Below are positions 53,903 to 64,000 of a DNA stretch of 64,000 nucleotides, piece after piece; the stretch's first letter is position 1; the number at the start of each line of letters is the position of its first letter. This DNA is from Octopus sinensis. Taxonomy: Eukaryota. Below the pieces are notes generated by a model. The model ran no database searches, was not told the DNA's origin, and worked only from the letters and a program-made list of their open reading frames with translations. Position numbers and translations under genes: made by a program. The stretch spans positions 76,012,001 through 76,076,000 of the forward strand of contig NC_043003.1 in NCBI RefSeq assembly GCF_006345805.1. The letters run 5' to 3'.

Positions 53903-56146
53903 ATATTTTTCCATTCCCTTGTTTTTCATTCTTCCCTTTTTCCCCCTCTATTTCTTCTATACACAGCAATGTACTTAACATTCACAGCAGCTATACCACG
54001 TTTGCAACTCCTTTATCAAATCCAACAACATTTCATTTCCACAAACTTCAGTATTTATTTTTTCTTCTTCCTGTAACCTTTTAAAATGTTAATTCGTTTA
54101 TACTCATCATCACTATCATCGTCCGCTTCTGCAGTCTATCCATAAGCATGTCCTTCACCACCACCACCACCACCAGCACCGCCGCTGCCGCCACCACCAC
54201 CATCATCATCAGCAGCAGCAGCAGCATCAAGAAAATTAACGTCCAGCCATGAAGACTGTAGGAGGACGAACGAATGGCTTCAAATATATTGCCAATAAAT
54301 CCTCCTCAATTACTACACTGCTATCTTAAAGGTGGACAACACCACATGTTCAAACGTTGCTGAACATTTACAAGTCAAATCGTAAAACACTCTATAAAAT
54401 TACTTAGTTTCATCAATAACATCAACGGTTCTGCCGCATACCACAATCAAATAAACTTTCAAATAATACGTCCATACACACATACACATCCACACATCGC
54501 ACATCGTTTTATTAAACATTTCATGAATTTCAGTGGCGAAATATCACATTTAGCAGATAAAGTAGATAAAGCAACAATCAGGATTTTTCTAGCAGAGTAA
54601 GATAGTAGTTCATATTTTTTTACATACATTAATTAAAAGAAAAATACTTAACCTGGAAGCCTAAGTGGTAGAAGAATGCTGAAGCATATTCCTAAAGTAG
54701 TTCCTAAACGAATCACTACCTTCACAGACATCCACAATGGTTTTTACCAATATTGTTGACTACTACAAATAAGGTAACTGGTTTAAATCATAGTGTTTAT
54801 TATACAGAAACAAATTTCGAAATGAATAAGCATCATACAAACCCATCACACTTCCATGCACAATTTCCATCTTCTATAAATGCTAATCCTTGACATCATT
54901 AACCATCATATCCCCTATTCCCCGTCACACCATCAGTTCGGAATGTTACACACAGCTATTACCCTTATGAGGGACATAATTCATACAGGGATGATGATAT
55001 TGTTTTTAATATGATAATTTAGACATCTGATGAATGTGAAGAGTAGTCTTCAATTTTTACGTCCTCATTTTATTTTTCAAAGCAAATATGGAATACGACT
55101 GTTCCAAGAAAGAAAGCAAAACGACGAGCAGTTTCTGTTCATAGTAGATGAATGCGTATTAAGAGATAAGCAATAATATATTTGTGAACGTGATGAGTGT
55201 TCCAGTGTTAGTGTAAATGGTTCTTTTTACAGATAACATTTTGATTGTTTTAGCTGTGGAGAGTGACAAATACATGAATTTGTTGACTTTCACTTTTCAC
55301 GTCTCACGTCGTTAAACTCCCTACATACATGTCGTCTGCCTGTCAAGCTCATTTTTCTCTGGCTCTGCTTTCTTTTATTTTAAACCAGAAAAAATTTGAA
55401 TCAGCACAACTCTGCTGATATAATCCATCACTCGAAAATCCAAGACATTAATTTAGTATCAACATTATTGCTGGTACTCGGTCTGAGAGATTCCGTTTGT
55501 GTATTCAGACAACTTTGATATTCAAAAACAAACAGTGTGGGCCCAAAATGTAGCAGAATACTGCTACAGCTTTCAGACAAAATCACTCCTTCCATATTCT
55601 ATTCCAACTACTCCTGACATTAGTGACACTTTCGCTCTATTGCTCAGTATTCACATATGTAAATGAAATTCAACGCAGTCTAAAGAAATCGTCTGAAACG
55701 GTAGCTATCATGCGCCCATACTAAATCAGTACCACTTTCATCATTAATATCACCGCTACTTCGGGCACGTCTAGAATCATAGCAGCACCCAGCACTACCA
55801 ATTTCGTCTGATTGAACTTTATAACCAAATTTATCATCTCAAATGTCCAATAATCAATCTCACATTTTAAAAACTCCTTCTGAAACTGCACTTACGTGAA
55901 AACGTATAGCTCCACAAACTATATATATTTTATCAAACAGATGACACCACACATAACAATCTCCACAACTGTTCTATCATATCTACAATGCTCCACAACT
56001 CTTCCATATCCTAAACCACTAGAAAATACGGCTACAGAACATCAGGTAAAGTAGGAGCTTCATAATCAACATTCTTCGCTCTAAGCAGCATCAAAAGATA
56101 AAATTAAATAGAAATAACCTTCACGCTCAACAATATGAATGGCACA

Positions 56147-56219
<73 letters not shown>

Positions 56220-57429
56220 CCACACAATCACACACATGCACACACACCACACAACCAGAAGACAAACATCCTAGTATTTACATAAATCAACTACATAGAT
56301 GTGCATATAATTACAATTTCAAAAATAGCTTATCAAAAGAAACATAAACAATAGTGTAAAAACAATGAATTATATCCATCCCTGGTTGTGTCTCCGCCCC
56401 CGGTCGTCTAGAAGTTCTAGAAGATCCAGCATAGATAACAAATGACTTACAGGCTTAAACAATATGCCTGTGCACACGAACACCCCTCAAAAACGCCACC
56501 AAAATTTATAAAAAGTACGTTATATCAGTTACCAATAACAATATATCCAGCATCCCTAAGATCACCTCTGCTACTACCACCTAAATAATACAACCATGAC
56601 CCCACGAACACCGCTATCACGTATCCATAATCAATCAGCACCACTTTAATTACCAACATCACTGCAACTTCGGTCACCATAAGCATCATAGCATCACAAT
56701 CAATTTCACCTTTATTATCAAATTTTTCATCAACTACACAATGAGTCCCTATACTGAAAATCAACCGAATAATCGAGAGGAAGTGATTATCATTGTTGTA
56801 ACAAGCTTCTACCCCACTGAACCGTTTTACGAAAATCCAGGCACAAATGCAATGTCTCTACTACACTAACATACTTAGCACTATTTCAACTACTCAGCTC
56901 AGTCATACATAAAACAAGAAAAGAATATCATAAAACACAGAAATATTTATAACTTTATTCCAGCTTTTGTACTCTGAAATGAACAGTAGCAATATGTAAG
57001 TGCAGAGAAAGAGTTGCGTTTATGGTTCTGATGTCTCCGCTTTGCCCTATTCCGCTGTTGCTATCACTAGAATTTAGGGACGAAGTATCGGATTGTACAA
57101 CTTTCTTCTTAGCTTGACGGAAATGCTTAGGAATATAGACTTTCAATTCGGCTGAGTATTTATGTGCCACACTTGAAGTGGGGCGACCCTAATATGGTGC
57201 TGTACTGTTGGAACTCTCGGATCTAGTTCTTTTCCTTCACAAAATCAGCTCCCTTTAATTCTGCTCTTACTATTTCCAATTTTGGTGTATCGATGCAGTT
57301 ATGAATTTTGATTACGCTCAACTAATTACTTTATCTCGTGTGTTAAAGAATCTGTTGTTATTTGGAATTAAAGTTGGGAAAATTTGGGCAATTTTAGCCA
57401 ATCAACAGACAGCAAGGTGTTAACAGCGA

Positions 57430-57443
57430 GTTGCCATGACAAC
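57430..57443. promoter_or_regulatory. RFX X-box-like palindrome (second copy at 59789-59802)
   Basis: GTTGCCATGACAAC and GTTGCCATGGTAAC versus the canonical GTTGCCATGGCAAC. A CCAAT lies at 57398-57402. Confidence 0.35.
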
Positions 57444-58329
57444 TGCACGTTGTGTTTGATTCTTCACACTAGAAGATTCACCTTACTTTACCCGCACGTT
57501 TTCTTTGTTTACATCACTTTTCTTTTCTTAAAAAAACATTTCCGAAACATTTATATTTATCAATTACAATTTTATTGTAGATATTTTTCGTCAATTGGCT
57601 GAATATTTTACTTATTTTTCATATACATTTCATATATATTTTACATATATTTCGGGAAGTATTTCTATTTACTTTTCCTGTGTTTACAGTTGCAACGGTT
57701 GCAACGAATGCATGTCAGTTTATACCCATTCTGTATTATCATTGAAGATGTAGGGCAATATTATTTAATGTGTCCTACATTTTAAAATGTTAGAGTATAG
57801 TGTGAGCAAAATGAAGGAAACCTGCCGACAGTGTTCTCAAGCTTTGAGACTTGGCAGCTCGTTCCAACCTCACGGAAAAAGAAAAGTCAGATGGGCAGGT
57901 TTTCTTCATATTGTTTTAAATCCTTTTTGGCTACATACAATGGACATTTTCCTCAAATTTTCTGTCTTTCACATCTCACCACTCAATTCTGTGCTCTTTT
58001 TTCATTCCGTATCATTTAGAAAATAAGTATTCTGATTCATTCTGCCAGCTTCAGTTCCACAGGGTTTATTATTTCTACCTCAGCGGGATCCAAACCTACC
58101 AATTACTTTACTTGCCCATCACAATCACAGCTTTACCTCTACATCTCAACCAGAGGTGAGGAAGGGACACACGAACAGGTGACTAAGTTCACATTATAAT
58201 CCTGACATGTTAGTGTTGAGTTCAATCCAACTCCATCACGCTTTGAGCAAGAATCATTTAGCCTAGGTTTTGTGTGATCTTTTTTTTTTATCCTCTACCC
58301 GTGTTGTGTCTGAAAGAAGGGACTTTGTC

Positions 58330-58640
58330 GATGCTCTTCACGGATCGTCTAGATGAGTGAGGTTAATGATTAATGCCATTGATGTTTCTTGTGAATCTCC
58401 GTAAACCAACATCTGTGGAAAAGATATGAGCAGGGAGGTATTTCTTGAGGGAAGCCATTTCGGAGAGGAAAGACTGAACACAATGATAAAGGTAAGGCCT
58501 TGTAGATGGGAGTGAAGTGGGGTGGACATGAGAGAGGTGATGAGGTGAGGTGAGCTCAGCTATCTGCAAGGAGCAGAAGCCCTATATTAGTAGTAGAAAT
58601 GGCAGAGAGTGGGGTACAGAATATCTGGACATCAGAAGAT
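58330..58640 (-). mobile_element. Possible highly decayed LINE RT fragment
   Basis: I*GFCSLQIAEL (QYGF..DLL-like), HCVQSFLSE (WI.SFLS.R-like) and LVYGDS (YADD-like); weak. Confidence 0.3.
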
Positions 58641-59179
58641 GGAAAACGTCTGTGAGTGACTTAATAGTTAGGTGGCCAAAGCATTGGGAGTAAAATTGGT
58701 TAAATGGAAACTTTGTGAAACCCTACCAAATGACGTATAACTAATTTATAGAGCCAACCTGGTCTCACACCGAATATGTACCCACAGCGACCCACATCTC
58801 CCTGTCAAAAGAATTATTCATCTGGTATTTTCTTTCATTTTGTAGTGATTTTCCACAATTTATTCAGTGAATGGTGTAATTTTCCTAATAGTTGAGAAAC
58901 ATTCTGTTGTAACTCTCGCTATGTCCATCATATACGACATTGGTTCTGTCCCAGAATTACATTAAGGCTACATATATCTATGGAATACTCAGCAAAATTA
59001 CAATATAATTAGATCCTGGAGCTGTAATTAAAAGGCCTAGCCATGTCACACTGGGTTCTTCTGTTTCTACTTATGGATTATATGAGTGCATATGTGCTGT
59101 GGTATACTTACCCAGTTATATGTTAATATAGTGTGTAACCATAAGCTGAGAGAATCAAAAGCACACTGGGCAAATTGCC

Positions 59180-59245
59180 TTACATTCAGAGTTCAAATTC
59201 CAGCTAGGTTGACTTTGACTTTCATCCTTTCAGGGTTGATAAAAT
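59180..59245 (+). mobile_element. SINE family B fragment
   Basis: cagagttcaaattccagctaggttgactttgacttttcatcctttcagggttgataaaataagtaccagtt. Confidence 0.7.
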
Positions 59246-62200
59246 AAGTACCAGTTGAATGTGTAACCAGTTGAGTTCATCATACAACTAGAATAATCAT
59301 CCTAGAAACAGATGAAGATTAATTTTCTTTAGTTTTTGTTTACTTATACACATCAGCAAATGAGCCAATGAAGTAATATCTGTGTGGTTGTTCAATTTGC
59401 TATAAACAACAGTCAAATCTCCCTCACACTATGCTCTAACATTTTAAAAGTGAAGACACATTAATTAACGTTGTCCTACATCTTCAATAAAAATACAGAA
59501 TGGCTCATTCTGGCGTGACCTGGTTTGAAACTGACAGACATTCGTTGCAACCATTGCGAGTGTAAACACAGAAAAATCTTCACGAAATATATGTAAAGTA
59601 TATATGAAGCAAATATGAAAAGTAACTAAAATATTAAGACAATTGAAGAAAAATATCTACAATAAAATTCTAATTGATAGATATAAATTTTTCAGAAAAT
59701 GTTTTTAAAAAAACAGTGATATACACAAACAAAATGTAGAGGTGAAGTAAGGTGAGTCTTGTAGTGTGAAAAATCAACACAGCGTGCGGTTGCCATGGTA
59801 ACTAGCTATTAATGCTTCGCTGTCTGTTGATTGACTAAAACCACCCAAAATTTCCCGAACTTTAATTCCAAATAACATGAGATTCTTTGATTTAAGAGAT
59901 AAAGTAATTAGTTGAGCGTAATCAAAATTCAGAACTACATCAATACACCAAAACTGAAAACAATCTGCTGAAAAGTAATGGGGGCTGAGTTTGGGAAGGA
60001 GACTAACTAGATCCGAACTCTATGATATGCGGCTCCGGAACAATAATAATGTGTTTGTTACAGAACAACATGAAGAAGTTTGACATGAAGTTACACAGCA
60101 AGTACTTCTCGTGTACCAGAGCGGAAATAGTTGAAAATTGAATTCCTACACATTATGAACTACGTGCGTGCCATAGGTTTGCGGAATTAGTGTTGGCCCG
60201 GGGTTACATAACAACGATGATGTAGGAATCATTGTCAAATTAAACTGTTCTTCTTGAATATTTTCATAACCGTCACCGGCGTTGTCGTCATCATAATCAT
60301 CTTTAACATCACCAGTGCTTCATTATAATTGCCTATCTCACTATTTAACTTAATTGAAATATCAGCGTAAACTATCTCAGATAACATTATGTATATTTAA
60401 AAGGATGGTAAATGAAAATTGTTTGCTGACAGCTGGAAAGCACTTGATCATCGATATGCGGGATACACCCTAACCTGTGGTTAAACAATAAATTACGAAC
60501 GATATATTCAATACTAAAATCTCACTTCCACAACCACGAAGATCACACCTGCATCCACACCACTACACCGACACATCAGCACCACCTATATCACCAACAT
60601 ACGCTACTTCCATCATTACTAGCAGTATACCACCACCACCATCGAAGTTTCCATCAGTACCACATTTATCACCGTCAACATTGCCCCCACCCCATCAGAA
60701 TATATTAGTCCATGTGCACACAGAAACACACAGACACAGATAGACACACACTCACATACACACACACATACACACTCTCTCTTTTTATAACTACCAACGC
60801 CATCACCACCATCATTACTACAACTATTGCTTCTACAAATTGCTGCATACGTTTGATATCTTCAAAATAACAGACAAGTCTCTCCCTTATTTCACAGTCA
60901 CTCTCAAGTTTTCAAATACAAAATTGCATATTGGATAAATGTAGATCCAGAAAAAACTATGAATGAAGTAAAAATGATACGGTCACGGTTGAAGCCTTTT
61001 TTTCTTTTTTTATCACACATCTGCACCTTTGTGACAGATCTAGTGCTAAACATCGGCAAGTAATACCGACGCTGCCGCTGACAACACCATCACCACGATT
61101 ACGGTTATTAGTCTTACACCATCAATAGGAATAGCGACAGAGAAAAAAGGCAGTACATTACAACAACAACGAACACCGAGCAACAATAACATCATGAAGA
61201 ATAATAACAACACTAACATCAATAGGAACAGCTATAAGATCTACTAAGAACGGTAGTATAATCTTAGAGGAGAAAGTGTTGGAATGTGTGAGATATCCAT
61301 TTAAAATTGATGTATTTTCAAGATTGGTTCCAAACTTTCTGATGGAATAATCTTCAGATATATTTCGTAGTTTCCGAAAATTAAAGATTTACTTTCCACT
61401 TGCACACACACACACACACGCGCGCACAGACAAATACACACGCACACACAAATACACACGCGCGCACACGCACACGCCAATACACAAACGATCGCGCACG
61501 CATACACCCTTACTCACAGACATACACAGCACACATGCACGCACAGACATATTCACCCACAGACACACATGTACGCATGCAGACACAGATAGACACACAC
61601 TCACATACACACACATGCACACATACACATTCTCTCATTCCATTTCTTTCCTTCTATCCCCCCTGCCCCCCCCACTTACTCCCCGCTTTCTGTAACTATC
61701 TATCCCCTAATTCATCTTTTTTTCTGTTTTCTTTATCTGGTAATATTTTTTTCATTACTTTATACTGTTATGTAAGCTACACTATTTTCCTTAAATGAAA
61801 CACGCACTAACTTCACAAATACCATTTACCAAAGAACAACGCGAAATCTAATCACCTGTGTTACGTCCCTCACCTCATTTCAGATCCTTTACTGCACTAC
61901 TTTAAACAATATTATAGTTTGAGTTGAACAGAAAAGAGCAAGGGCTAGTTAGAAATAGAAAAATGAGGAAAAAGCAGAGGTAGTTGTGAATTCTGATAAT
62001 GACGTGCAAAAGAAAGAAAAGCAGTAAGATAAAAAATGAAAGAAAGACTGAAATGCTGAAACGCTTTGACTTTAAAAAAAATAGACAAATAAGCAAGAAG
62101 ATACAAATATAGTGAGATGGATAGAAAGATAAAGAGACAGAAAGGCATAAAGGAAGATAGAAGGGAAGTTACAAACATTCAGACAGATACACGAAAATAG

Positions 62201-62511
62201 ATAAAATAAAGAGGGAAAAGAGAGTAAAATAAAGCAACGAGGAGAATTATTGAACGCCCCAATTTAGTTTCATAATGAATCCTCAATTATGTTTCACTAA
62301 TCCTGATTGATGAATTTAACACCTAGAAATAACTTTTTCAACGTTCAGGCATTGCCTATGCATGCATGCGTAAGCAGTGGCAATCACAATCAAACCCACG
62401 CAAACACATAGTAGAAACACAGATACGCAAAGAGAAAATTGAGAGTACTTGTGTGTGTCAAAACGCTCTCCATTTCACACAAATACACACAAGCACGTGC
62501 GACTATATACT

Positions 62512-62565
<54 letters not shown>

Positions 62566-64000
62566 TGCACACGCACACACTCACACATGCACGCACACAA
62601 ACACACATATGTATGTATGTATATTCATATGCCTGTATGTATATATAAACACAGACACATGTACACACACGCTCATACATAACTAAATACACCAGAAGTA
62701 ATTCATAAATACTCACAGGAGTTCACTAATGATAACCAATAAGTTAAGAGTTAATAAATCTATCCACCATTTTCAATCTCCTCTCTTCACATGCAATTCA
62801 TTCGGAAGACGTAGTTTCTACACTTTCAGCCTATTTTCTCACCCAGTAAAATCAATCCACCACAACATGCTACGGGAAATTAAACCTAGGTGTATAATTT
62901 CGATCATTCCTGTATCTATAACCTGGCCCTTGCCACTTCGGCTTACATGAGTTATTTGCTGAATAGACATCCGAAACACAATTATCAATGCCATTTTCAT
63001 CATTTTCTCTGATCATTGGACATTACCGTCTACATTCCCGGAAAACAGAATTAGCGTCAAAGATTCGATTCCTTGAGTAATACTTCTTAAACCTTTGCCT
63101 TTCCCGCCCTATTACTTTATACTTTTTTTTTTCTTTTTCACCTTCAAATTGCATCTGCAATCAGATTACATTTAGTCTCAACTGCATTTATCAAACATTA
63201 AGCGGCAGATATAATATACACTCATGCTGGTAACACAGGTTCTATTACTAATTCAAATAAGTCCACATTAATTCGTGCGTTACAGACACACTGTTCCGGT
63301 TTTCAAATCTGTCCATTGCAGGCAGCCATATACCGAATCTGTTTATCGTATAGCCACCGCTTGCTAACATTTTCAGAACCCCCACCCGAAAGTACTATTG
63401 CTCTGAGATAATTCTTTTACATGTAATGCATGGATATATTTCAAAAATTAGAACTACCACTTTTTACTGTACCGTTAAGCCGATGTTGAAATATATTTTA
63501 ACATTCTCGAGTCTTGATTTTCCATTCTCTTGCTTGTTCTTTACAATTTATTCTCTGAGCATGTACAGAATGGTGACAAATGTAACACGAAATACATCAT
63601 TTAGTGCTTAAATTACATATTAGCTCAATATCGCTTACAGTAAACACTGGTCTCTCAAGGCGGTTACGCAAGAGACATCTTTGAACATAGATTTCCATGT
63701 TTGAGACTGGCTTGCAGAACCCCCCTCCCCCCCAAAAAAAAATACCAATCACAAGATGTCAGCAAAGTTGCCGGCTGTCATTACATACAATAACAGAGTT
63801 ATTTTCATCCGCTATATCTGAACGTATGAATATTAAGGCAGATAAGCCAGGTTAGATCCCTGTTCTCTGGAATGCTTTGTAGTAGATACAACTAGTTAGT
63901 GTTGTATTAAAAGTACCTTAAATTGTACATGAGAGTTCAGAGGGAAAAATTTACGGAGAATTAATAATTTTAAAAGGTAAACTGTAATATTGATTTCAAA

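Larger units (their letters stand above)
57217..60016. repeat. About 590-bp diverged inverted repeat pair (57217-57806 / 59423-60016) around a 1.6-kb spacer
   Basis: Collinear matches include gaattttgattacgctcaactaattactttatctc, tatttggaattaaagtt, caatcaacagacagc, caccttactt, aattttattgtagatatttttc, ggttgcaacgaatg and ttgaagatgtagg. Confidence 0.88.

Noticed and set aside
54160-54230. (CAC/GCC/CAT/CAG)n tract resembling a poly-His/Ala/Gln exon
   Set aside because: No splice context or extended frame; it adjoins other trinucleotide tracts.
55020-55065. CTGATGA followed by a TGAAGA/TCTTCA hairpin and GTC
   Set aside because: GAAA is absent and stem I cannot form.

Overview
AT-rich, microsatellite-dense animal genomic DNA. 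I recognise the SINE families and the repeat landscape as cephalopod, most likely Octopus; this rests on recognition, not a database search. No host protein-coding gene can be firmly supported, and most ORF-track entries are translations of (TA)n/(CA)n/(ATT)n tracts. The interpretable content is transposable elements. DNA transposon relics: Tc1, a rosa-like element with TIRs, two mariners, two maT-like elements and a Tigger-like MITE. Non-LTR retrotransposons: two Tx1/L1-clade copies, one young CR1-like 3' end with an intact 368-codon frame, and four Penelope-like (PLE) fragments from at least two clades. There are also at least two abundant tRNA-derived SINE families. The most interesting signal is a set of hammerhead-ribozyme-like motifs with palindromic stem III. 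One (20582-20672) sits at the junction of a 395-bp partial tandem repeat inserted in (TA)n, resembling a retrozyme or PLE pseudo-LTR. Two more, decayed and from a second family, face each other in a ~250-bp inverted repeat at 39.1-40.5 kb. Also notable: a near-perfect 95-bp-arm foldback at 9680-9903, a ~590-bp inverted repeat carrying RFX X-box motifs, and a dimeric SINE flanked by a 12-bp target-site duplication.
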